A DNA stretch of 64,000 nt from Planctomycetota bacterium. GTDB lineage: Bacteria > Planctomycetota > Brocadiia > JAADGH01. Numbering within the stretch: the first letter of the stretch is position 1; each line of letters starts with the position of its first letter. Made by a program: the position numbers and the translations under genes. This document shows positions 32,426-41,773 of this stretch, in pieces. The notes below the pieces were generated by a model, which saw only the letters and a program-made list of their open reading frames with translations, ran no database searches and was not told where the DNA came from. Location of the stretch: NCBI GenBank assembly GCA_040755855.1, contig JBFMAD010000001.1:32001-96000 (forward strand), in the 5' to 3' direction.

Positions 32426-33448
32426 ATGCGAGTTGCCCTTGACGCCATGGGTGGCGACACGGCTCCGGCCAGCACGGTTCGGGGGGCGGTCCTGGCCGCT
32501 CAGAGCCTTGCGGACCTTGAGATCGTCCTCGTGGGCCAGGGAGACCGGATCAAGGAAGAATTGGACAAGGTCGGCGCGTCGGACAACGGCAAGCTGAGCA
32601 TCCATGAGGCGACGGAGGTGATCGGCATGGATGAGCTCCCCGTGGAGGCGCTCCGCCACAAGACCGACTCCTCCCTCTCCCGCTGCGTGGCGCTGGTCAG
32701 GAACGGCGAGGCTGAGGCAGTGGTCAGCGCGGGGAACACGGGGGCCTTTGTCGCCGCCGCCCTGTTTGCCCTGAAGCCGTTGGAGGGGGTTAAGCGGCCG
32801 GGGATCGCCATCACCTTCCGGGTCCCCAATGAGAAGGGCCTGTGCACCGTCATTGATGTGGGGGCCAATATCAAGTGCCGGCCGTCCCACCTGCTTCAGT
32901 ACAGCGTCATGGCCGCCGCGTATAATCACTTGATCCATGGGATCGAGAAGCCGGCCGTCGGCCTTCTGAGCATCGGCGAGGAGGATGAGAAGGGCAACGA
33001 GCTCGTGAAGGAAACTCGCGCGCTCCTTTATCGGTCCCCAGTCAACTTCGCCGGGAATGTGGAGGGCCGGGACATCTTTATCGGCCACAGCGACGTGGTG
33101 GTGTGCGACGGGTTCGTCGGCAACGTCATCCTGAAGGTAAGCGAGGGGCTGTCGGAGGCGATGCTTCAGTTGCTGACGAAGGAAGCCGGTCAAAGCCTTC
33201 GCAGTCGAATCGGCTTTGCCCTCTGCAAGCCCGCCATCAAGCGGCTCAAGGATCAGAACGACTTTGCCGAATATGGCGGCGCGCCGCTGCTCGGTGTGGA
33301 TGGCGTCTGCATCGTGGGCCATGGGCGATCCGACGCAAAAGCGATCAAGAACGCCCTCCGTGTGGCCACGAAGTTCACTAAGAACCAGGTTAACTCGCGC
33401 ATCGTGGCGGACATAGCGTCGTTGAAGATGGGCCCCGCGACCCCATAG
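32426..33448 (+). CDS. plsX: Phosphate acyltransferase PlsX
   Basis: VALDAMGGD, VSAGNTGA, DVGAN, VCDGFVGN, YGGAPLLG, HGRS. Confidence 0.97.
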   Translation: MRVALDAMGGDTAPASTVRGAVLAAQSLADLEIVLVGQGDRIKEELDKVGASDNGKLSIHEATEVIGMDELPVEALRHKTDSSLSRCVALVRNGEAEAVVSAGNTGAFVAAALFALKPLEGVKRPGIAITFRVPNEKGLCTVIDVGANIKCRPSHLLQYSVMAAAYNHLIHGIEKPAVGLLSIGEEDEKGNELVKETRALLYRSPVNFAGNVEGRDIFIGHSDVVVCDGFVGNVILKVSEGLSEAMLQLLTKEAGQSLRSRIGFALCKPAIKRLKDQNDFAEYGGAPLLGVDGVCIVGHGRSDAKAIKNALRVATKFTKNQVNSRIVADIASLKMGPATP

Positions 33449-33480
33449 GTGACGATCTGAAGAAGCCCGGCAAAAGACGG

Positions 33481-34461
33481 ATGAAAAAGGTTCGTGTTCT
33501 TGGCGTCGGTTCGACGGTCCCCAACCGAGTGTTGACCAACTTCGACCTTGAGAAGATGGTGGACACCACCGACGAATGGATTACCCAGCGCACCGGCATC
33601 CGGGAGCGCCGGATCGCTGACGACGGCATTGCGACCTCCGACCTCGCCACGGAGGCCGGGCGCAAGGCCCTGGCGGACGCGGGGGTGTCGCCCAAGGAAC
33701 TGGACCTTATTGTCGTCGCCACATTCACCCCGGACGAGCCGCTGCCGGCCTGCGCGTGCCACGTGCAAAACCGGCTCGGCGCGAAGAAGGCGGGGGCGTA
33801 CGACCTCAGCGCGGCGTGTGCGGGCTTCGTTTACGCCTTTTCGACCGCCACCGACTTTGTGCGTGTTCGAGAGGACGCCAAGGTGCTGGTCATCGGGGCG
33901 GAGTGCCTGTCCAAGCTGACGGACTTTACGGACCGCACGTCCTGCATCATCTTCGGCGATGCGGCGGGGGCGGTGGTCCTCGGCGAGAGCGGCGACAGCA
34001 GCGACGTGCTTTATTGCAGTATGGGGTGCAAAGGGGACGAGGCGGACATGATGATGATCCCCGCGGGCGGGACGCGCCTGCCGGCATCGCACAAGACGGT
34101 TGACGACCGCATGCACTTCATGAAAATCCGCGGCCGGGAGGTATTCAAGTTCGCCGTTCGGAAGATGTCGGACCTTCTGATCGAGGGCATGGAGCAATGC
34201 GGCCTTGCTGCAGAAGACGTGGCCCTGGTCGTGCCCCATCAGGTGAACCAGCGCGTGATCGAACCGGCGACGGAGCGCGCCCGGATTCCTATTGAAAAAG
34301 TCTTTATGAATATTGAAAAATATGGTAACACATCGGGCGCTTCGGTGCCGCTGGCGCTCGATGAGGCCGTTAAGGCCGGCAGGATCAAGCGGGGGGATCA
34401 CGTGATCCTGGTGGGATTCGGCGGCGGGCTCGTCTGGGGCGTCGCCGTCATAAGGTGGTAG
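33481..34461 (+). CDS. fabH: 3-oxoacyl-ACP synthase III
   Basis: WITQRTGIRERR, AACAGF, PHQVN, YGNTSGAS. Confidence 0.95.
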   Translation: MKKVRVLGVGSTVPNRVLTNFDLEKMVDTTDEWITQRTGIRERRIADDGIATSDLATEAGRKALADAGVSPKELDLIVVATFTPDEPLPACACHVQNRLGAKKAGAYDLSAACAGFVYAFSTATDFVRVREDAKVLVIGAECLSKLTDFTDRTSCIIFGDAAGAVVLGESGDSSDVLYCSMGCKGDEADMMMIPAGGTRLPASHKTVDDRMHFMKIRGREVFKFAVRKMSDLLIEGMEQCGLAAEDVALVVPHQVNQRVIEPATERARIPIEKVFMNIEKYGNTSGASVPLALDEAVKAGRIKRGDHVILVGFGGGLVWGVAVIRW

Positions 34462-34464
34462 CCC

Positions 34465-35400
34465 ATGGGCAAGACGGCGTTTCTCTTTCCGGGCCAGGGG
34501 GCGCAATTTGTCGGAATGGGCGCCGATTTGTGCGAGGCATTTCCCGCAGCTGCGGAGACCTTCAACCAGGCAAATGATATCCTGGGGTTCGACCTGAAGC
34601 AGATATGCTTCACGGGACCCGAAGAAGAATTGACGAAGACCTCCGTCAGCCAGCCGGCGATTCTCGTGATGAGCATCGCCGCACTGCGGGCGATGGAGTC
34701 GGCCGCCCGGGATCGGGCGCCGACTTGCGAGGCGGCCGCCGGGCTGAGCCTGGGGGAGTACACGGCCCTTGTCGCGGCTGGGGCGCTACAGTTTGAGGAC
34801 GCCGTGCGGCTGGTGGAGCGTCGGGGTGCGTTCATGCACGAGGCATCCGTCCAGAACCCCGGCGCGATGGCCTCGATTATCGGGTTGGACGACGACGCGG
34901 CCCGGGCGGTTTGCGAGGAGGCCGCGAAGAACGGGATCGTCTCGGCGGTGAACTTCAACTGCCCGGGGCAGGTGGCCATATCGGGCGAGCCGGACGCCGT
35001 AAAGGCCGCATCGGAGCTGGCCCTGGCGAGGGGCGCGAAGATGGCGGTACCCCTCAAGGTGGAGGGGGCGTTTCACTCGGCCCTGATGCAGCCCGCGCGG
35101 GAGAGGCTGGCGGCGGAGATCGAAAAGGTCGAGTTCCGGAAGGCCCGCGTGCCGGTGGCGGCAAACGTGAGCGGGGAGTACGTTGTGGAGCCGGACGACA
35201 TCCGGGTCTCGCTGGTGGAGCAGTTGACCAGGCCGGTGCTGTGGAGCGGTTCGATGGCCCGTCTGATCTCCGACGGCGTCGAGCAGTTCTACGAGATCGG
35301 ACCGGGCAAGGTGTTGTCGGGGCTGCTGCGCCGCATTGACCGGTCAAAGAAGGTGGTGGTTGTGGGGACGGCCAAGGCGGTAAACGAGTTGGCCTCGTAA
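34465..35400 (+). CDS. fabD: Malonyl-CoA:ACP transacylase
   Basis: FPGQGAQ, GLSLGEY, GAFHS, EIGPG. Confidence 0.95.
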   Translation: MGKTAFLFPGQGAQFVGMGADLCEAFPAAAETFNQANDILGFDLKQICFTGPEEELTKTSVSQPAILVMSIAALRAMESAARDRAPTCEAAAGLSLGEYTALVAAGALQFEDAVRLVERRGAFMHEASVQNPGAMASIIGLDDDAARAVCEEAAKNGIVSAVNFNCPGQVAISGEPDAVKAASELALARGAKMAVPLKVEGAFHSALMQPARERLAAEIEKVEFRKARVPVAANVSGEYVVEPDDIRVSLVEQLTRPVLWSGSMARLISDGVEQFYEIGPGKVLSGLLRRIDRSKKVVVVGTAKAVNELAS

Positions 35401-35419
35401 TGGAGAAGCGATCAGTCAG

Positions 35420-36166
35420 ATGGGAAGATTGGACGGGAAGGTTGCGGTAGTCACAGGCGGTTCCCGCGGCATCGGCAAGGCCATTGCACTCACGCTGGCG
35501 CGGGAGGGGGCAAGCATCGCCATCCTCGATGTGCTGAAGGATGAGATCCCCAAGGCGGTTGCAGAGATCGAGGCGCTTGGCGTGAAGGCAATCGGCGCGG
35601 AGGCCGACGTGACCAACCACGACCAGATGGTCGCCGTGGCGAAGGACGTGGCGGGCCGGATGGAGAAGATAAACATCCTGGTGAACAATGCGGGCATATC
35701 CCGCGACGACATCATGCTCCGGATGGCCGAGGAAAAATGGGACCAAGTGATCGCCGTCAACCTGAAGGGCGTGTTCAACTGCAGCCAGGCCTTCATGCGG
35801 TATATCCTGAAGGCCAAGGACGGCGGTCGGATCATCAACATCGCGTCGGTTGTGGGCATCATGGGTAATCGGGGCCAGGCGAACTACTCGGCCTCAAAGG
35901 GCGGGGTAATCGCGCTGACCAAGACGACGGCCAAGGAGCTGGCCGAGCGGGGAATCACGGTGAACGCCGTCGCTCCGGGATATATCGAGACCGCGATGAC
36001 GCAGGCCATTTCCGAGGAGGCGCGAAACGCCGCCGTGGGCATGATCCCCATGGGCCGCCTGGGTCAGCCCCAGGATGTGGCCAACGCGGTGTTGTTCCTG
36101 GCCAGTGACGAAGCCGCCTACGTCACGGGCGAGGTGCTGCGAGTGGACGGCGGCATGGCGATGTGA
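35420..36166 (+). CDS. fabG: 3-oxoacyl-ACP reductase
   Basis: TGGSRGIG, VNNAG, NYSASKGG, VAPGYIET. Confidence 0.95.
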   Translation: MGRLDGKVAVVTGGSRGIGKAIALTLAREGASIAILDVLKDEIPKAVAEIEALGVKAIGAEADVTNHDQMVAVAKDVAGRMEKINILVNNAGISRDDIMLRMAEEKWDQVIAVNLKGVFNCSQAFMRYILKAKDGGRIINIASVVGIMGNRGQANYSASKGGVIALTKTTAKELAERGITVNAVAPGYIETAMTQAISEEARNAAVGMIPMGRLGQPQDVANAVLFLASDEAAYVTGEVLRVDGGMAM

Positions 36167-36226
36167 GTCTATGGTTTTGTTGGTCTATCGGGTGGACTCA
36201 ACAGTGTCTGCAAGGAGAGACGAAAG

Positions 36227-36478
36227 GTGAGCGAATCAAAATCGGAACTTTCCATTGAAGAACGGGTCTTCAACATCGTGAGTGAGAAGCTGGACAAGCC
36301 CCGTGAGCAGCTCACGAAAGAGATGTCGTTTGTGAATGATCTGGGCGCCGACTCCCTGGACCAGGTGGAGTTGGTCATGGACTTCGAGGATGAGTTCGAC
36401 CTGAGCATCCCCGAAGAGGAGGCCCAGAAGATCGTGACCATCGGCGACGCCATCAGTTACATTGAGGAGCACATGTAA
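36227..36478 (+). CDS. acpP: Acyl carrier protein
   Basis: DLGADSLDQVELVM. Confidence 0.95.
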   Translation: MSESKSELSIEERVFNIVSEKLDKPREQLTKEMSFVNDLGADSLDQVELVMDFEDEFDLSIPEEEAQKIVTIGDAISYIEEHM

Positions 36479-36481
36479 GTC

Positions 36482-37726
36482 ATGCCGCCAAGGCGACGCG
36501 TTGTCATCACGGGCGTCGGGGCGGTTACAGCCTTCGGCGACGAGAAGGAAACCCTCTGGAATGCCCTGTGCGAGGGACGGAGCGGGATCTCCAACATCAC
36601 GTCGTTCGACACCACCGCCTTCGACGTGAAGTTCGCGGGGGAGATCAAGGACTTCGATCCCGGCAAATTTCTGGACCGCAAGGCCGTGCGCCATCTGGAC
36701 CGCTTTGCCCAGCTGGCCGTCGCCGCCGCCGACCTCGCCATTAAAGACTCCGGCCTTGATGTGGCGAAGGTGGACGCCCTCCGCGTCGGCGTCGTCGTCG
36801 GGTCGGGCATCGGGGGCCTGACGGAAATCGAGTCCCAGCACAGCATGCTTATAGAGCGGGGACCGTCGCGTGTATCGCCCTTTATGATCCCCAAGCTCAT
36901 GGTCAACGCCGCCGCGGGGCAGATCTCTATCCGCCACGGCCTCCGCGGCCCGAACACCGCTGTGGCCACGGCCTGCGCATCGGGGGCCAACGCCCTCGGC
37001 GACGCCTTCAAGATCATTCAACGCGGCGACGCGGACATCGCTATCTCCGGCGGAAGCGAAGCCGCCGTCACACCGATGGGCCTGAGTGGGTTCTCCCAGA
37101 TGCGCGCCATATCGAGGCGCAACGACGCCCCCCAGAAGGCCAGCCGCCCCTTCGACAAGGACCGCGACGGTTTTGTCATGGCCGAAGGCGCGGGCATTCT
37201 CGTCCTGGAGGAATTGGAGTACGCGAAGAAGCGCGGCGCCCGGATCTACGCCGAATTCCTCGGCTACGGCATGAGCGGCGACGCCTGGAACATCACCGCC
37301 CCCGATCCCGACGGCCAGGGCGCTGCGCGCGCCATGAAAGCCGCTCTCGACGACGCCGGCCTGGCCCCGGAGCAGGTGGACTACATCAACGCCCACGGCA
37401 CGTCCACCCCCCTCAACGACGCCATCGAGACAAAGAGCATCCGACACGTCTTCAATAACCATGCCGACAAACTGGCCGTCAGCTCGACCAAATCCATGCT
37501 GGGGCACATGCTGGGCGCATCGGGTGGTGTGGAACTCGTGATCTGCGCCCTTGTGGCCGAGCGCGGGGTGGTCCCGCCCACCACCAACTACGAGACGCCC
37601 GACCCGGAGTGCGACCTGGACTACGTGCCCAACCAGGCGCGGGAGATGAGCCCGAAAATCATCATGTCCAACTCCTTCGGCTTCGGCGGCCACAACGCAT
37701 CGCTCATCATCGGGAAATTTTCCTGA
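36482..37726 (+). CDS. fabF: 3-oxoacyl-ACP synthase II
   Basis: TACASG, SRPFDKDRDGFV, NAHGTST, GHMLGA, NSFGFGGHN. Confidence 0.95.
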   Translation: MPPRRRVVITGVGAVTAFGDEKETLWNALCEGRSGISNITSFDTTAFDVKFAGEIKDFDPGKFLDRKAVRHLDRFAQLAVAAADLAIKDSGLDVAKVDALRVGVVVGSGIGGLTEIESQHSMLIERGPSRVSPFMIPKLMVNAAAGQISIRHGLRGPNTAVATACASGANALGDAFKIIQRGDADIAISGGSEAAVTPMGLSGFSQMRAISRRNDAPQKASRPFDKDRDGFVMAEGAGILVLEELEYAKKRGARIYAEFLGYGMSGDAWNITAPDPDGQGAARAMKAALDDAGLAPEQVDYINAHGTSTPLNDAIETKSIRHVFNNHADKLAVSSTKSMLGHMLGASGGVELVICALVAERGVVPPTTNYETPDPECDLDYVPNQAREMSPKIIMSNSFGFGGHNASLIIGKFS

Positions 37727-37742
37727 GCGCGGGCGATGCCCG

Positions 37743-37912
37743 CAACCCAACTGCAAAATTCACATCGGACACATAATACCACCCTTCCTGTCTTCAGGAA
37801 GGGTGGTATACGTAAAAAGAGATTTTGCGGAGCGATATCGCTCCCCATCGGCGAAATGACGTTGGTTCTCGCGGGAAAAAATGTGTCCAATGTGAATTTT
37901 GCAGTTGAGTTG
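37743..37912. mobile_element. MITE-like element: 32-bp terminal inverted repeats enclosing two palindromes
   Basis: caacccaactgcaaaattcacatcggacacat (37743-37774) pairs with 37881-37912 at 30/32. Inside are a perfect 15-bp hairpin (37776-37809) and a 16-bp palindrome ggagcgatatcgctcc (37829-37844). Confidence 0.65.
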
Positions 37913-38001
37913 TATGCCATGTCCGGGCGGGGGAATAAGGTTCTGAATTTACTCCCCTCGCTATCCTATCCGACATGCAGAAACCACCGCCACCGGATGC
38001 C

Positions 38002-38877
38002 TTACCGATCGGGCCTCTTCTGCAACCGCGCGATCTGCTTGGCGAGAAACTCCGCGTCGTCCGTCTGGCCAATGCGCGCGTAGAAATCGCGCAGCTTCCC
38101 ATAGCGCTCAATTGGATCGAAGCCCAGGTTCCACTGGAGCTTTTTCAGGCAGGGCGGACAGAGATGGATTGGCCGCGAGTCGGCCTCGGGCAGGGAGTTC
38201 GAGCCGTTCATCGTGCATTTGTACTCAATGCAGTGGTCCATGCCGAGGATGTGGCCGATCTCGTGATTGGCCACCTTGAGCGTCCGCTTGAGGAGGGTGC
38301 AGTCCCCCGGCTGGCCCTCGTACGTCTCGCCGTAGCGGCGAATGGAATAGACGCCTACCCGCTCCCCAAAGGACCCCAGGCCGAACACAAAATTCATGTC
38401 CCTATAGAATAAGTCCTGGTCCGTGATCCCCGCCACCGCGACGGCGTCGTCGGGGACCCGCCCCCGGAGCGCGCGGAGCAGATAGTCCGCGTCGTACTGG
38501 TCCCAGCCGTACCGCCGCTTCGGGTGGAACGCCTCCTTCGGGAGGGGGATGGGGTCGAGAACACGGCACTCCGAATCGAAAAATATGCTTAGATATTCGC
38601 GCAGCGTCTCGATAAGATCGGCCTTGGTTCTTCTGATCTCGCCGAGGGGCTGGATGTAGATGATCCTTCGCGTCTTCGTCTTTCGGTTTCGGCAATCGCG
38701 CCGGTATTCCTCGATGCTCTGCCCCGGCTCCTTGTGGACGTAGAGCCAGTCGCCCGGCTTCGGAGGCGGCATCTTCTCGAAGCCGGCATCGTCATCGCCC
38801 GCCATACCCGAGGGCGCGGACGCGCCGAGCAAGAGGAGCATCACCGCGATTCCAATCCCTTTACCCAGGCAATCCAT
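38002..38877 (-). CDS. Archaemetzincin (M54) zinc metalloprotease with signal peptide (start may be 38841)
   Basis: HEIGHILGMDHC..C.MNGSNSL.E.D...HLCPPC, ITDQDLF, NFVFGL. Confidence 0.9.
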   Translation of the reverse strand: MDCLGKGIGIAVMLLLLGASAPSGMAGDDDAGFEKMPPPKPGDWLYVHKEPGQSIEEYRRDCRNRKTKTRRIIYIQPLGEIRRTKADLIETLREYLSIFFDSECRVLDPIPLPKEAFHPKRRYGWDQYDADYLLRALRGRVPDDAVAVAGITDQDLFYRDMNFVFGLGSFGERVGVYSIRRYGETYEGQPGDCTLLKRTLKVANHEIGHILGMDHCIEYKCTMNGSNSLPEADSRPIHLCPPCLKKLQWNLGFDPIERYGKLRDFYARIGQTDDAEFLAKQIARLQKRPDR

Positions 38878-39683
38878 ACGGCCTCCACCGCGTCGAGGTC
38901 CTTGCCGAGAAGTTCCACGAGGAACGTCTCCCCGGTCTTGTCTTCATTGTAACGATCCCGAAACGTCTTGTAAAACGTCCGAAGGAGTTTCTTCTCCTGC
39001 AAGTACATGCAGAAGTACCGGGCCTCGGCGTAGTGCAGGCCGCTGCCGCGCCCGCGGAACTGGTCGTCGCTCATCCGCACCACATCCTTCAACGGGACAA
39101 GCCGGTTCTTCCGCACGGCCTCCATGAGACCCTCATAACGCCAGTTGATGAGGCCCTTGAGCAGGCCGTCCTCGCCCGTGGTGCATTGCTCGTAGAGCGA
39201 CCCCAGGCCCTCGTCGAACCACGTCGGCGCACCGGGGAAGTCGGGCCGCATAAGGGCGTGGACCATCTCGTGCACGAGCGTCCCGCCGCCGGTGGCGATG
39301 TTCATCACCATCCGCCGCTCGGAGGGCGTGTAGTATCCATAGGGGCTGGACGGTTCCTCGTTGAAGAGTTTCTTGGCCCAGGAGCGGTAGCTCTTGTCGC
39401 CGTTGAAGAGGTAGATCGTGATTGTGTAATTTGGCTTCTTGTTGAAGTAGGCCCTGTGCAGGGCCTCGCTGCACTCGCCGATGGTCCATGTCTTGAATCG
39501 GTCGAACTGCTCCCGGCCCATGTCGCCCGCGACGACGAAGCAACTCGCGCGCTCGACGATGAAATCCGCAGGCAACTGCTTCCGCACGGCGTCGAGCTCA
39601 CGGTCGTCGGCCGCCATGCAATGTATGGCGGCGAGTAAGCCAAGCAGGACCGCACCAAACAGCCGATTACTTGAACAGGTCAT
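38841..39683 (-). CDS. Secreted gluzincin-like protein (DUF1570/peptidase MA-like)
   Basis: TLVHEMVH..WFDEGLGSLYE..HYAEA; signal peptide from ATG 39683. Confidence 0.75.
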   Translation of the reverse strand: MTCSSNRLFGAVLLGLLAAIHCMAADDRELDAVRKQLPADFIVERASCFVVAGDMGREQFDRFKTWTIGECSEALHRAYFNKKPNYTITIYLFNGDKSYRSWAKKLFNEEPSSPYGYYTPSERRMVMNIATGGGTLVHEMVHALMRPDFPGAPTWFDEGLGSLYEQCTTGEDGLLKGLINWRYEGLMEAVRKNRLVPLKDVVRMSDDQFRGRGSGLHYAEARYFCMYLQEKKLLRTFYKTFRDRYNEDKTGETFLVELLGKDLDAVEAVWIAWVKGLESR

Positions 39684-41625
39684 GCAGCACCGCTCCTTGC
39701 GACTGGGCCGGAGGGTCAATCCCGAGGATGTGGCAGAGCGTGGGAACGAGATCCACAAGATGGATGTACCCCAGCCGGTCGGTGTCGCGCACATAGCCCT
39801 TCTTGATCCGAGGCCCGGCAATGCCGAAGACGGCCAGGACGCTCGAAAACTCCGTGCCCGACGTCGGGATCTGCGGCCCGTGGTTCGCCCCGCCCGGCGA
39901 CGGGCCGATGCTCCCCTCCTTCGGGTTCTGCCAGGCAAAACCCGCATTGTAGATGAAGAATACATCGCCCGTCCGCTCTCCCCAGTAGCCGATCAGCGGC
40001 GCGTCCTTCTTCTTCAGGGCGAGGGCGACGGCGCGCCTGCCGGTCCTCGGTTCCCTCCAGTCGAGCAGGGCGTCAATGATTTGTTCCTGCACGGACGCAA
40101 AATCCTTCGGAGAAACACTCCCGTGCGCCTCCCGCCCCTTCAGGTTCACGCACACCTGCGCCCCGCCGTGGGGGTAGGCCCTCGTTTGTTTCCAGTCAAT
40201 GCCTCCCTTGCGGCTGCGCTTCATCAGGTCGCACTCTTCGAGTCGGCGCGGCAGGTTGCATGCATAGAAGTTCGACGAGTTGCCGTGATCGGAGACGAGG
40301 ACGATGTGGCAGTTCTTCCCGCCGATCTTCCACAGCCCGCCGAGCATCTTGTCGCCGAGATGGAAGCCCCTGCGCAGGACGTCGAGGCACTTCTTCGCCC
40401 GCTTCGGATCGTAGTTGGGCGACTCCGGGTCGGCGGGGGAAAGAAAGGTGTGCTCGATGGAGTCGCTGAAGTGCCAGTGGCTGTAGTAGAGGTCCCAACC
40501 GCGGGTGCGGTTGATGTACTCGGCGGCCTTGATGTGCCAGTCCACCTGGTAGGCGATCTCCTCATAGACGCACCGATTGTAGTTGTCGAAATCCGCGCCG
40601 GCGGCGAGGGCGGCGTGCTCGAAGTACGGGCCGACATTCTCGATCAACTCGGCGGAGAGCGACGCCGGGGCGGTGAACCCCCGCGCGGGATAGACCTCGG
40701 AGCGGACCAGGCGGAACCTCCGCCCGTCATTTGAGAGGTCCATCAGATTGAACCGCATGGAGGCCGGTCGCGTCTTGCCCTGGGCGCGGATGGGTTTGAT
40801 AATCCAGTCGCTCCACTCGCCGGGCCGGAGCGTGGCGACGGCCTTCGACACGTCCTTTATTTCGCAAATGTGAATTTTATCGAAGCCCCGGCCTTGGGAG
40901 TTCTCGACCAGTACATGGAAGACGATCCGGCTCGGGTCGGATTCCACCTTTCGCTCCTTGCCGGTCATCGCCGCGACCTCCAGATCGGCGCCGTCCTCGG
41001 TGTCGCCCACGGCCTTGGCGCGTTTGGCGGCCTGGGCGCGCCCGCGTCCGGCCATCATAACATCCTCTGAGACTGAGACTTGAGTCTCCAACGCCGGGCG
41101 CTTCGGGGGGTTCTTCCACCCCTGCGCATTCTTCAACGCCACGGCGACGGTTTTCCCCTGCGCAGGAAAAGTGGAATAGGCGCAGCCGGGGAGGATGACA
41201 AAGGACACCAGCCCGTGCGGCAGCGGGGCGACGACGTATCCATTCTTCAAACGCGAAGGATACGAGCCCGGATAGCCGATGACGAGGCTCCTCAGCCCCG
41301 CGCGCTCGGCGGCCTCCCAGATGGTCTCGGCCAGGATGGCGCGGGAATTGAAGGTGGAGAGGCTCCTTTTTCCCGGCGGATCGCTGGGGGCGCGATCGTC
41401 CCAGTTGCCCGCGCCGTGCGCGCCGGGGTATGCGCCGGTGGCGATGGTGGCCCAGTTCGTCGGGGTGTAGGCCGGCAGGCAGGGCATGGCGTAGTTCAGC
41501 GCGCCCTCCCGCATCAGCCGTTTGGTGTTGGGCATGTTCCCCTCGGCGATGAATCGCTTGACGAGTTCGAGGGAGATGGAGTCCATGCCGAAGACGATGA
41601 TCTTGCCGCTCTTTCGTTTGCTCAT
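39667..41625 (-). CDS. Alkaline phosphatase family / nucleotide pyrophosphatase-phosphodiesterase
   Basis: VFGMDS, MPN, PAYTPTNWATIATG..PGAHG, DSIEH, VSDHG, DLVPT; RBS AAAGGAG before ATG 41625. Confidence 0.85.
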   Translation of the reverse strand: MSKRKSGKIIVFGMDSISLELVKRFIAEGNMPNTKRLMREGALNYAMPCLPAYTPTNWATIATGAYPGAHGAGNWDDRAPSDPPGKRSLSTFNSRAILAETIWEAAERAGLRSLVIGYPGSYPSRLKNGYVVAPLPHGLVSFVILPGCAYSTFPAQGKTVAVALKNAQGWKNPPKRPALETQVSVSEDVMMAGRGRAQAAKRAKAVGDTEDGADLEVAAMTGKERKVESDPSRIVFHVLVENSQGRGFDKIHICEIKDVSKAVATLRPGEWSDWIIKPIRAQGKTRPASMRFNLMDLSNDGRRFRLVRSEVYPARGFTAPASLSAELIENVGPYFEHAALAAGADFDNYNRCVYEEIAYQVDWHIKAAEYINRTRGWDLYYSHWHFSDSIEHTFLSPADPESPNYDPKRAKKCLDVLRRGFHLGDKMLGGLWKIGGKNCHIVLVSDHGNSSNFYACNLPRRLEECDLMKRSRKGGIDWKQTRAYPHGGAQVCVNLKGREAHGSVSPKDFASVQEQIIDALLDWREPRTGRRAVALALKKKDAPLIGYWGERTGDVFFIYNAGFAWQNPKEGSIGPSPGGANHGPQIPTSGTEFSSVLAVFGIAGPRIKKGYVRDTDRLGYIHLVDLVPTLCHILGIDPPAQSQGAVLHDLFK

Positions 41626-41712
41626 GCCGCATGCTCCTTTCGATTGTGACATCGGATTATGTCAGAAGCGGTCGTGTGAATCAAGAATGTGCGACTCTGC
41701 GAATCTTTTGTC

Positions 41713-41741
41713 TTGACACTAACGGCGGCAAACGGTTGAAT
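41713..41741 (+). promoter_or_regulatory. Probable sigma70 promoter of lysS
   Basis: TTGACA-17 bp-TTGAAT. Confidence 0.45.
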
Positions 41742-41773
41742 ATGCGCTTTCACGGCTTTCCCGAGGCAATAGG

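Noticed and set aside
33481..37726. fab cluster as a specialised PKS or ladderane locus
   Set aside because: The order rpmF-plsX-fabH-fabD-fabG-acpP-fabF is the standard fatty-acid operon, with no tailoring or radical SAM genes.
37736..38111. Small ORFs 37736-38083 and 37794-38111
   Set aside because: They run through the inverted-repeat element, have atypical composition and show no motifs.
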